Below, in pieces: positions 8,690-17,195 of a stretch of 64,000 nucleotides of DNA. The stretch is from the IMG/VR virus record IMGVR_UViG_3300042139_000023; one strand, given 5' to 3'. The translations under genes and the position numbers were made by a program. The notes beneath the pieces are model-generated. The model was given only the letters and a program-made list of their open reading frames with translations. It had not been told where the DNA came from and ran no database searches. Numbering within the stretch: position 1 is the stretch's first letter; every line of letters begins with the position of its first letter. Source of the stretch: a virus (lineage: Duplodnaviria; Caudoviricetes).

Positions 8690-8990
8690 GGGTGCGCGCC
8701 GCGTGACCCATCGCGGCGCCCGCCTCGAACCGTGCATCCCGCAGGGCCGCCTGGGTTCGCTTCACCTCATCGACCAGGCTCTGGAGATTCGGATCGTCGA
8801 GCTTCAGGTCCAGAGTCACCGAGTCCGGCGGCACCCGCAGCGTCCTTTCGGCCGCGTCCTGAAGCATCCGGGCCGTCTGCCGCCAGCTTTTCCCTACGGC
8901 CAGTGCCTGCTTCTCGTCGGGCAGGCCCATCGTGCTCGCCAGCCATCCGGTCTCGCCGCGCTCCATGATCGCCTTGACTACCTGTTTCAT
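8595..8990 (-). CDS. HicB-like antitoxin with C-terminal HTH
   Basis: N-terminal W-x-A...A-x-G-x-S pattern, helical linker, C-terminal MTIRDVAAILGCSPQYVAKL HTH. Confidence 0.6.
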   Translation of the reverse strand: MKQVVKAIMERGETGWLASTMGLPDEKQALAVGKSWRQTARMLQDAAERTLRVPPDSVTLDLKLDDPNLQSLVDEVKRTQAALRDARFEAGAAMGHAARTLTKTMTIRDVAAILGCSPQYVAKLAPKKSSS

Positions 8991-8995
8991 GCCCT

Positions 8996-9340
8996 CTAGT
9001 CAACAGCAGGCGACAATGCTTGTCCATTGGGTTCGCGAACACACTTGCCGCCGCAGGGGCACGAGACAGTCTTCTCGGCGCAGCACCGACAGAAGTACCA
9101 GAACGACTCGGGGCAGTCGTCGTACAAGCCGGTCAGCCCTTCCCAGAAGAACGTGATCCGGCAGGTCTCGCACTCCATGAGATCGCTCGGGCAGGACACC
9201 CCCTTCCGGCGCGGCAGCCAGGCGTTCTTCAGCGACAGGCAGCCCTGGTCATGTTCCAGGATCAGGTCCCGCTGGCCTGTGAACACGCCCCCGCCGTCGG
9301 GGTTCTGGGCCCAGCGCTCCACGTACGGATCGAGGGGCAT
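8996..9340 (-). CDS. Cys-rich hypothetical protein
   Basis: CETC, CRCC, CPCGGKC; coupled to the terS-like gene. Confidence 0.6.
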   Translation of the reverse strand: MPLDPYVERWAQNPDGGGVFTGQRDLILEHDQGCLSLKNAWLPRRKGVSCPSDLMECETCRITFFWEGLTGLYDDCPESFWYFCRCCAEKTVSCPCGGKCVREPNGQALSPAVD

Positions 9341-9918
9341 CAGTCGAACTCCTCCATGACGGGCTCCAGCTCCACCGGTCCGGTGCTGCCTCCGCCCACC
9401 TTGACGATCGCGGCCGAGTTCCTGGCGATGGCGTCGGCGGCCATGGCAGGGAAGACCTCACCCCACATCTGCTCAACAGCCTCGCGGGACTCTTCGGGGA
9501 GCAGGTCGACGACCTTCTCCAGCATGCCGACCCGGATGGCGTCGATCGCCGTGGTGACGAGCTGCGTCTGCGCCTGGGTGAGACGGATCTGCTCGTCGCG
9601 CAGCCGGTCCTTCTTCAGGTCCATCAGCTCGGTGATCTCGCGGACCGTCTCGATGAGGTTCTTCGCGTTGCGCCCCTGGGTGAGGAGGTCGCCGTCCATC
9701 ACCTGCTGCCACAGGGCACCCAGGATCCGTTCCAGGCGGGCGAGCTGGAGCATGCGCATCTGCACGATGGACATGCTCGTGGCCTGGTTCTCCAGGTACG
9801 CGTTCATCCGCTCGTGGACGGCCTCGATCTCCATCCCGGTGCGGGCGGCAATCTGCGCGAGCGTCATGCCCTGCGCGGCGTAGTCCACCATCACCTGGGC
9901 GAGCGAGTCGTGTGCCAT
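9340..9918 (-). CDS. Probable terminase small subunit (HTH plus helical domain)
   Basis: N-terminal HTH GMTLAQIAARTG, then LQLARLERILGALWQQVMDGD; same strand as and upstream of terL. Confidence 0.55.
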   Translation of the reverse strand: MAHDSLAQVMVDYAAQGMTLAQIAARTGMEIEAVHERMNAYLENQATSMSIVQMRMLQLARLERILGALWQQVMDGDLLTQGRNAKNLIETVREITELMDLKKDRLRDEQIRLTQAQTQLVTTAIDAIRVGMLEKVVDLLPEESREAVEQMWGEVFPAMAADAIARNSAAIVKVGGGSTGPVELEPVMEEFD

Positions 9919-10001
9919 CGGGACTCCTCACTACTTCAGTGCCTATTCAGTGCCGATTCGGTGTACCCTGGCCCCAGGAGAAGAGACCCGAGGAGGACCG
10001 T

Positions 10002-10229
10002 ATGACCGAGGATGTCAGGCCCCTGGTGGGGCGCCGGGCAACGATCGCCTTCACCATGCAGGCCACGAACGAACTCGACTGGCTGACCAGCCACCTTCAG
10101 TTCAAGCAGGTCGACGTGGTGAACCGGGCCGTGAACGTGTACGGGCTGGTGGAGCGGAAGGCCGCAGAGGGCAAGAAGATGGCCTTCATCGGCGAGGACG
10201 GCACGGTCGAGATCGTCAGCATCGTCTGA
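10002..10229 (+). CDS. Ribbon-helix-helix-like DNA-binding protein
   Basis: RBS AGGAGG; RATIAFT beta strand followed by two helices (DVVNRAV). Confidence 0.55.
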   Translation: MTEDVRPLVGRRATIAFTMQATNELDWLTSHLQFKQVDVVNRAVNVYGLVERKAAEGKKMAFIGEDGTVEIVSIV

Positions 10230-10368
10230 TAAACGATCGATGAACGCCCAGGTCAGTGCTCGGTTTCCAATGGTCCCAGGATCTTGATCCCTCCCTGGTA
10301 CTGCGGATGCCGGGCCTGGCTCTGGATCTTCTCGAACCAGATCCGCACGGCTTCCTTGCTCACATCCA

Positions 10369-10650
10369 TCACGACGATGATCTCTCGGGTTTCTGCCATG
10401 AATCCAGACCATCACGGCCTTCGCCGGATTCAGGAGAAACGGGTCTGCGCCACGCACGGAAGTTCTTGAGATACACCCATCCGTACGCACCTGCTGAGAC
10501 GAGGAAACCGTATTGCCTCGTACTGATGGCGTACGCGAGCCAGAGCCCCTGCGCACCGAGCCCTACAGCCCAGCCCCAGGGGCTCTTCCTGCCCGCCAGC
10601 CACAGCCCGAAGACGCCCACGGCCGTCAGCACCCAGCTCCACCACTGCAA
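10369..10650 (-). CDS. PnuC-like small membrane protein
   Basis: WLAGRK..WGW..G...Q..W..YA...QYG pattern; three hydrophobic helices. Confidence 0.65.
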   Translation of the reverse strand: MQWWSWVLTAVGVFGLWLAGRKSPWGWAVGLGAQGLWLAYAISTRQYGFLVSAGAYGWVYLKNFRAWRRPVSPESGEGRDGLDSWQKPERSSS

Positions 10651-10729
10651 CGCAACACCCCGTTCTGTTGCCGCGCCGTCCCACGCGCCAACGGAAGTTG
10701 TTCGGTCCGGCCCCGGGAAACCGAACCGG

Positions 10730-11629
10730 TCAGATCGAGATGCCGACCTCGGCCCACGCTTCGCGCACCGCAGGATTCAGGCCGCCGGAGTGCGTCCAGG
10801 TCGCCAGCGCGAGCTGCTTGAAGGTCGAGCGCGGCCCGAGGTCTTCCATAGCCCGGCGCCACATTGCCAGCGGGCGGCCCCAGCTCGGCTCCCCGGTCTT
10901 CTCGCAGAGCAGGGCGAAGGCCCGGTTCGGGATGCCGGAGTTGATGTGCACGCCGCCGTTGTCGGCCCGGATCTTCTTGTACTGGTCCATGTGGCCCGGC
11001 TGCGGGTCCCGGCCCAGGATGTCGTTGTCGTACGCGGTGCCCGGGTGCAGCATGTGCCGGACCGCAGAGGCTCCGTCGACCAGGATCTCCTCACCGATCC
11101 GCCAGTCATGCTGGTCCTGCTTCACCCACTGCTGGACGCAGGCTCCGAAGACGTCGGCCAGGTGCTCGTTCAGCGCGCCGGACTCGCCGGAGTAGATGAG
11201 CCCCGGCCCGAGCGAGACCAGGGCGTGGCCGAACTCGTGGGCCATGATGTCGAGCGCCCGGGTGAAGTCCCCGAAAACGGCACCGTCGCCCTCGCCGAAG
11301 ACGAGGTAGTTGCCGTTGAAGAAGGCGTTCGCGTAGTCGCGGCCGTAGTGCACGACCCCGTCGGGGAACTCGTCGGTGCCCAGGAGCTGGCTGATCAGGT
11401 AGGCGTTGCCCTTGACCCGCTCGGCCGCTTCGTCACCGCCGCCCTGAACGAGCGAGCCGGGGATGGCCACCTTGTTCGACGCGGTGTAGACGCGGATCGG
11501 ACCGGTGGGGGCGACGGCGCTCTGCCGCTCGGCCCGGAGAGTGGTGTCGACCTTGATCCCGGCGTTGAAAGACTTGTCGGTCTCGGCGACTTTCTTCGAC
11601 ATGTGCGGAGGGATGAAAGTGCAGATCAT
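10730..11629 (-). CDS. Protealysin-like M4 (thermolysin family) zinc metalloprotease
   Basis: Short propeptide CTFIPPHM; NAFFNG; HEFGH; GESGALNEHLAD; GGVHINSGIPNRAF. Confidence 0.92.
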   Translation of the reverse strand: MICTFIPPHMSKKVAETDKSFNAGIKVDTTLRAERQSAVAPTGPIRVYTASNKVAIPGSLVQGGGDEAAERVKGNAYLISQLLGTDEFPDGVVHYGRDYANAFFNGNYLVFGEGDGAVFGDFTRALDIMAHEFGHALVSLGPGLIYSGESGALNEHLADVFGACVQQWVKQDQHDWRIGEEILVDGASAVRHMLHPGTAYDNDILGRDPQPGHMDQYKKIRADNGGVHINSGIPNRAFALLCEKTGEPSWGRPLAMWRRAMEDLGPRSTFKQLALATWTHSGGLNPAVREAWAEVGISI

Positions 11630-11688
11630 GACGGCAGTCTACGCACCGCCCCTCACCGGTAGAATCCATCCGGGGAAAGGAGAACTTC

Positions 11689-12141
11689 GTGGCCCTGGAG
11701 AAGTCGTTCCGGGTGAGCACCCGCCATTCCGGCAGCCGCCGGTTCGTGCGCGTCTCCGTGTACTCGGATGCCGAGTCGATGCGCTCGGCGGCCCTGCGGC
11801 ATAGCCAGCGCGAGGGGTACATCCGTGACGACGAATACGCTGCGGCCCACGGTGTCACCCACACCTTCGACGTCCTGCACATCGGCGCCGACGGCAGAGA
11901 GAAACGCAGTCCCACGGCCGCCCACATCCGCATGTACGACGGCGCCCTCGGCACCAGCGTGGTCACCCACGAGGTGGTGCACGCGGCCATGAGTATCTAC
12001 AACCAGGACTGCCTGAAGGACGGCTCGGCCCACGAGGACATGAGCCGTGAGGAGATCCTGGCATACCTGGTCGGCGATCTGGCCGCCCGGATCGTGAACA
12101 AGATCTACGAGTTCGGCTACTACGGGAAGGACGAGACGTGA
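11689..12141 (+). CDS. Small HEXXH putative zinc metalloprotein
   Basis: VVTHEVVHAA plus downstream EEILAYLVG. Confidence 0.6.
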   Translation: MALEKSFRVSTRHSGSRRFVRVSVYSDAESMRSAALRHSQREGYIRDDEYAAAHGVTHTFDVLHIGADGREKRSPTAAHIRMYDGALGTSVVTHEVVHAAMSIYNQDCLKDGSAHEDMSREEILAYLVGDLAARIVNKIYEFGYYGKDET

Positions 12142-12500
12142 TCCTGCTCGACGGGTACTGCCCCACCTGCGGAAACCAGACCCTCTACGCGGAGGAGATG
12201 CGGGTGGTCAACCGCATCATCTGCATGGGCGACGACTGCCCGGACCCGCATTCGGTGCACCGGATTCTCCAGGACGCCCAGACCGACCATGTGGTGCACT
12301 TCTCCGGCGCCGGGTTCACCATCCGGCATCCGCTGCGTGAGCGCATCGACGATGCCCTGATGGACTGCGAGCTGCACCTGGCCCTGATGGGCATGCCGGG
12401 TCCGCCCGAGGGCAGGCCGGGCCGGTTCCGGATGTTCCTGAAGGACGGCCGCTGGGAGATGGAGCGGCTGACCACCGACGAAGAGGCGGACGTCTCATGA
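12138..12500 (+). CDS. Hypothetical protein (CxxC, His/Cys-rich)
   Basis: GTGA coupling; CPTCG...C....CPDP. Confidence 0.75.
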   Translation: MILLDGYCPTCGNQTLYAEEMRVVNRIICMGDDCPDPHSVHRILQDAQTDHVVHFSGAGFTIRHPLRERIDDALMDCELHLALMGMPGPPEGRPGRFRMFLKDGRWEMERLTTDEEADVS

Positions 12501-12826
12501 CCAAGCGCAAGAAGCGCCCGGAGCAGATCCTGGCCCGCCAGATCCAGGCGGCCACCCTGGAGCAGTACATCGAGTGCCTGCGTCAGGCGACGTCCACGCT
12601 GGCCCAGACCCCGCATCGCTGCGGCGACCAGGTGACCCACTGGACCTGCGACCTGAAGCCCGGCCCGCACCCGGGATGGCGGCACATGGATTCCGTGACA
12701 GGCATGTGGTGGACCCAGTCGAGAGTCTTCCCGTTCTCCAGCGCGGTGAAGGGCAAGCCGCAGCCGCCGTCCTTCCGTGGCCCGTCGGCCGATCTCGTCA
12801 TCATCGACGAGGCGGTGAAGCGATGA
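12497..12826 (+). CDS. Hypothetical protein
   Basis: ATGA coupling. Confidence 0.65.
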   Translation: MTKRKKRPEQILARQIQAATLEQYIECLRQATSTLAQTPHRCGDQVTHWTCDLKPGPHPGWRHMDSVTGMWWTQSRVFPFSSAVKGKPQPPSFRGPSADLVIIDEAVKR

Positions 12827-13533
12827 CGCCTGGGCAGCCACAGGACATGAAGCTCTTCGACTCGCGGCTGCTCTCGGCCGCCCTGGACGATGCCGCCTTC
12901 CCGGTCCTCGACGAACTGATGGACTACTTCGCTCCCGAGGCTCCGTTCCTCACCTTCGGGGCGCCCGGTGCGGCCCGAGCCCTGAGCCTGTACGGCCGAA
13001 CCGTCCTGGCCGACCGCGACCCCTTCTACGATCCGTTCCACGGCGCCCGCGAAGAGGGCATCGAGGTCCGTGTGGCCGGTCCCGAGGACCCGATGGTCTT
13101 CCCGCCGCGCCGGTTCGGCATCGTGCATGCCCGCTGGCTCCCCTCGTTCGCCGGAAGCGTCCTGTCGAACATGACGCGGTGGCTGAAGCCCGGCGGTGTG
13201 CTGCTGATCGAGGCGCCCGACGACTACCCGGCCCGCAACCTGCCGCGCGGCCCGTACCAGGCTGTCTCGCAGGCGCTCGCCGACCGGCTGAACCTGGTGT
13301 CCACGGCTCCGCTGCCCGGCCTTCTGGTCCGGCACGGCCTCACTCACATCGGGGTGCGCCACCAGCTCCCGCTGACCTCCGCTTTCCATGTGCTGTTCCA
13401 GCATCTCGTGGAGCGGGGCGCTCCCTGGCCGGAGGTGGAGGCGGCCGACCTCCGCGACTGGCCGCATGACCCGGTGGCCCAGACTCCGGCACTCATGAAT
13501 GTGATGGCATGGGGGCTGAAAACCCAGGAGTAA
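12823..13533 (+). CDS. Class I methyltransferase-fold protein with degenerate motif I
   Basis: FGIVHARW and WLKPGGVLLIE are typical; the motif I position reads FLTFGAPG. Confidence 0.6.
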   Translation: MTPGQPQDMKLFDSRLLSAALDDAAFPVLDELMDYFAPEAPFLTFGAPGAARALSLYGRTVLADRDPFYDPFHGAREEGIEVRVAGPEDPMVFPPRRFGIVHARWLPSFAGSVLSNMTRWLKPGGVLLIEAPDDYPARNLPRGPYQAVSQALADRLNLVSTAPLPGLLVRHGLTHIGVRHQLPLTSAFHVLFQHLVERGAPWPEVEAADLRDWPHDPVAQTPALMNVMAWGLKTQE

Positions 13534-13627
13534 TCTGCGGAAATACGCAGGAAGGTGCGAGGATGTATCCTCACGCCGCTGAACGGACAGATCCGGCAGG
13601 AAGAGCCGGGCGGAGAAGGAGAAGAAC

Positions 13628-14410
13628 GTGCAGAGTGTGCAGCCCCGGGTGTACCTCATCAGTGCCCCGGCACTGGACTACGACGAGATCGAGGAGTACC
13701 TGAACGAGGTCGGCGGCGAGAGCTGGCTCAGGCGGATCGACGAGGACGACGACGCCCAGAACCTCGTCGAGTTCGCGGGGCGCTTCTGTTACCGGAGCTG
13801 GGAACCGGGCCTGAACCCGAACGTGACGAGGATCCGCGAAGGCCAGGGCAAGTACCTGGAGAACATCCTCAGCTCCCGGCACGGCTCGGTCCTGGAGCAC
13901 GCCCAGTTCACCTTCGCCCTGCACAACGTGTCGAGGGTCTTCACGCACGAGCAGGTCCGTCACCGGGTCGGCACGGCGATCTCCCAGGAGTCGCTGCGAT
14001 TCGTACGCCTGACGGATCTGCCGTTCTGGTTCCCGGACTGGACGGACGAGGACGAGGAGCTGAAGAGCCGGGCCGTGAAGCTGCTGGAGCAGATGGAGGA
14101 GTTCCAGGGCTGGATGGCGGAGCGCTTCGGGCTCGACAACCCGGGCGTGCCGTTCTCCGAGAAGAAGGCGAAAACCTCCTTCATGCGCCGGTTCGCCCCG
14201 GAGGGTGTGGCCACCGGCATGGTCTGGAGCGCGAACATCCGCACCCTGCGGCACACCATCGAGTCGCGCACCGCGAAGGGCGCCGAGGAGGAGATCCGGA
14301 TCATCTTCGACCGGATCGGCCGCATCATGCAGCAGGAGTGCCCGCTGCTCTTCAGCGACTACGAGGTGAGCGACGAGGGCGAGTGGGTCCCGGGCTGGAG
14401 GAAGGTGTGA
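13628..14410 (+). CDS. thyX: Flavin-dependent thymidylate synthase
   Basis: HGSVLEH, SRVFTHEQVRHR...SQESLRFV, NIRTLRH, AEEEIR. Confidence 0.95.
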   Translation: MQSVQPRVYLISAPALDYDEIEEYLNEVGGESWLRRIDEDDDAQNLVEFAGRFCYRSWEPGLNPNVTRIREGQGKYLENILSSRHGSVLEHAQFTFALHNVSRVFTHEQVRHRVGTAISQESLRFVRLTDLPFWFPDWTDEDEELKSRAVKLLEQMEEFQGWMAERFGLDNPGVPFSEKKAKTSFMRRFAPEGVATGMVWSANIRTLRHTIESRTAKGAEEEIRIIFDRIGRIMQQECPLLFSDYEVSDEGEWVPGWRKV

Positions 14411-14553
14411 GCCCCTGGTTGCTCCTGCTGCTGGCCTGCCTGATCGGCGCGGCCTCCGGTGTCGTCACCTCGCTGCTGAGCGAGAAGACCATCCGGGCCC
14501 ACGAGCGGGCCCGGTACCGCAAGGAGACCCTGAGCGACCTGGAGGGATCGTGA
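14407..14553 (+). CDS. Small membrane protein
   Basis: GTGA coupling; one hydrophobic helix. Confidence 0.65.
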   Translation: MSPWLLLLLACLIGAASGVVTSLLSEKTIRAHERARYRKETLSDLEGS

Positions 14554-14822
14554 GGAGCTACGACGGCGAAGTGCTCGTGGTGGCCGGTGACGCCCTGCTG
14601 AACGCGAAGGCGCACCTGATCGCCGTGGAGGGTTTCTGGGGCGGCTTCCTGACGATGCGCTCGGTGGCCGGAGCGGAACTGGTGATGGAAGCCGGAATCA
14701 ACCGGCGCTTTCTCACCTTCAACACCGAGGACCCGCACTCCTTCGCTCCGCGCCGCACGAACGAGGAATCCCCTGTTCTGCGGATCACCGGTCTGCGCTC
14801 CGTCCCGCCGGAGCTGAAGTGA
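14550..14822 (+). CDS. DUF4873-like small beta protein (paralog 1)
   Basis: YDGEVLV...FWGGFL. Confidence 0.5.
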   Translation: MRSYDGEVLVVAGDALLNAKAHLIAVEGFWGGFLTMRSVAGAELVMEAGINRRFLTFNTEDPHSFAPRRTNEESPVLRITGLRSVPPELK

Positions 14823-15127
14823 TCCTCGACCGCTACGAGGGCCCGGCGTTCGTGGTGACCGAGGCGCGCACCCTCGACGGCGTCGTGCAGCTCACCTCCT
14901 GGAAGGGGGAGGACATCTGCTACTGGGGCGGCGTGCTGCACCTGATCGCCGTCAGGGACCGGGCCCTGGCCGTCGCTTCGGAGCACACCTTCCTGACGAT
15001 CGGCGGCCCCGAGACCTACGTGACGATCTCCGAGGGCGATCAGGCCGACGGCCCGCTGGCCGTCACCGGGCACGGAGAACCACCGTTCGGGGCGCCGGAC
15101 AGAACCGCAGGACTGTCCTGGGCGTGA
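14819..15127 (+). CDS. DUF4873-like small beta protein (paralog 2)
   Basis: YEGPAFV...YWGGVL. Confidence 0.5.
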   Translation: MILDRYEGPAFVVTEARTLDGVVQLTSWKGEDICYWGGVLHLIAVRDRALAVASEHTFLTIGGPETYVTISEGDQADGPLAVTGHGEPPFGAPDRTAGLSWA

Positions 15128-15181
15128 CGGGGCATGAGCCCGGCACAACCGAAAAGGTGCCTGAAGGTCCGAAGCGCACCG

Positions 15182-15218
15182 GAAAGCGGTCTCCACAGGC
15201 AGGACGGAGGCCGCTTTC
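15182..15218. terminator. Hairpin, possible terminator
   Basis: GAAAGCGGTCTCC / GGAGGCCGCTTTC 13-bp stem with one G-U pair. Confidence 0.55.
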
Positions 15219-15533
15219 GTGTTGCATGATCACACCATGGCGATGGATTTCTACGTGGGCCCAGCGGTGCTCACCCTCGACGGCGAGACCATCGGCGTGA
15301 CGGCATTCATCGACTCCAGCGCGAACCGTGGGCTCTACGTCTGGGGCGGCTTCCTGGACACGCACCGCGAGGAACTGCGCTTCGCGGCGGTCGAGGCCGA
15401 GCGGACCCAGCTCGCCTTACCGGGACGCGGAGGTTCGGACATCGATGTCGTCTACACCTCGGGACACGGCATCGGCTTCATGGGCACCGGTCCTTCTCCG
15501 CTGGAGACCAGCGAACGCTGCGACGGCTCATAG
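15219..15533 (+). CDS. DUF4873-like small beta protein (paralog 3)
   Basis: YVGPAVLTLDG...VWGGFL. Confidence 0.55.
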   Translation: MLHDHTMAMDFYVGPAVLTLDGETIGVTAFIDSSANRGLYVWGGFLDTHREELRFAAVEAERTQLALPGRGGSDIDVVYTSGHGIGFMGTGPSPLETSERCDGS

Positions 15534-15627
15534 GTCGGATCACCGAACTCCAGTGCTACAGAGTTTATTACGCTCTGGGTGTAACGAACTCTGCACCGGA
15601 AGGGCTCTACGCGGGTAGCTCATCGGA

Positions 15628-15834
15628 TCACCGATGGGGCCTCCCGCAGGCGGAGCAGTACAGGTATCCGGCGTACCCGGTGATCGAGCCGTCCCGGGAA
15701 ACGCACACCAGGCCGACGGGATCCCCGTTCAGGCAGAACCACGCCTCACCGCAGTGTCGGCACACGGCACCGTCGTAACTCCCTTCTCTCGCTTCGCTCT
15801 TCTTGCGGAACTCGTTGATGTCGGTGACGTCCAT
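15628..15834 (-). CDS. Small Zn-finger-like protein
   Basis: CRHC...CSAC; ATG at 15834 with GGTGA upstream. Confidence 0.65.
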   Translation of the reverse strand: MDVTDINEFRKKSEAREGSYDGAVCRHCGEAWFCLNGDPVGLVCVSRDGSITGYAGYLYCSACGRPHR

Positions 15835-15985
15835 GCACTCACCATCCCCCACGCGGGGTGACGTACCCAAGGGGAACGGGTAATCGAACTGGCGTTCGGC
15901 CCATATAGGAGTGAGCGGCGGGATTTTTCCAGCGATCCGATTTAGGATCTCGGGTATCCCGGATGGTTTTCCCAAGGAGCGCGCC

Positions 15986-16327
15986 ATGAAGAGGTCCCTG
16001 ATCGCCGTACCGGCCCTGCTGATGGTGCTCGCAGGCTGTTCAGGCGGGGATTCGGACACCCCCGAGCCCGTTCCGACGCTCTCCAGCGACCTGAAGAAGG
16101 CGGCGGACCGCTGGAAGGACATGACCGAGGACGAGCAGGCGGCCGTCTGCGCGGCGGCCTCGGGCCCCCTTCCCGGGGAAGGCGAGATCGGCGGCACCAG
16201 CACCTTCTCCCCCGGCACGGACCCCTCGATCGACTACCGGGCCATGCTGAACGCGATCGAGGCGGCCGGGTACACCCAGCCGGAGGCGACCGCGATGCTC
16301 CCCTACGCGCTGAACGAGTGCCGGTGA
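15986..16327 (+). CDS. Lipoprotein
   Basis: RBS AAGGAG; lipobox LAG|C. Confidence 0.8.
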   Translation: MKRSLIAVPALLMVLAGCSGGDSDTPEPVPTLSSDLKKAADRWKDMTEDEQAAVCAAASGPLPGEGEIGGTSTFSPGTDPSIDYRAMLNAIEAAGYTQPEATAMLPYALNECR

Positions 16328-16432
16328 AACTCTCGCGCGAACAGAAAGCGTGGATCGGGAATGCACTGGTGTGCCCTCGCTGCCTTCGGCTGCGTTCCCC
16401 TATCCACTGGATCCTCGTGAAGCTGGGAATCT

Positions 16433-16639
16433 GTGATGACTACTCCTACTGACTTCTCCGTGTGTCCTCGGTGCGGGGACGAGATCCCGCCGGACAACGA
16501 TGCGACCGGCGAAGGACCCGTGTACTGGACGATCTCCGACGAACCGTTCTGCTCCATGGAATGCGTGATCGCGCGGCACCGCGCATGGCTGAAGGAGAAG
16601 GAACGCGCGGAACCAGAACTGTGGGGACAAAACGGCTGA
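16433..16639 (+). CDS. Small Zn-finger-like protein
   Basis: CPRC...FCSMEC. Confidence 0.7.
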   Translation: MMTTPTDFSVCPRCGDEIPPDNDATGEGPVYWTISDEPFCSMECVIARHRAWLKEKERAEPELWGQNG

Positions 16640-16852
16640 AGGCCAGAAGGCGCTGACGGATGCATGGTCCTAACCTGGGACCCAAATTCAAATTCAATTC
16701 CGCATTTGGTTTTCTACCCTGAGTGAATTTCGACAGAATTTCCCGCGAATTTTTCCGCAGGTTTTCTCGCACCCGCTCCGCTCGCACTCCCGCTCACATT
16801 CCCTTGCATATCCATGTGCATTCATTGTGCATATGTGTGTGCATTGACGTGA

Positions 16853-16907
16853 GATAGATAGCTAGTGAATAGACCCTAGATATCCCTGCATTAGCTAGCT
16901 ATCTATC
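16853..16907. repeat. Perfect 13-bp inverted repeat
   Basis: GATAGATAGCTAG (16853-16865) / CTAGCTATCTATC (16895-16907). Confidence 0.9.
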
Positions 16908-17195
16908 CCCCTGCTTTCCCTTGCTTGCATTGCTGCGCATTCCCCCTGCATTCCATCTGTTGCATTCCCTCCCACATTCCGAGTGCACGTGATGAGAGAC
17001 AGCAGATATCGAGACTCCGAATGCGTCGCTTGCTTTCCCTCGCTTTCCTTTTCCCTTGCCTCCCGCTTTCCTCTCACTGCATAGGTTCATGTGTATGTGT
17101 GTATTGGGTGTGACCAGTACAGACGAGAATGCGAAATAGCGATATCGAGATACCCGCGCATTCCCGTTCCGTGCGCTCCCGCATTCCCCCTGAAT

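Noticed and set aside
10256-10730. Emfourin (M4 inhibitor) gene downstream of the protease
   Set aside because: The downstream gene is a hydrophobic PnuC-like protein; no emfourin-like sequence was recognised.
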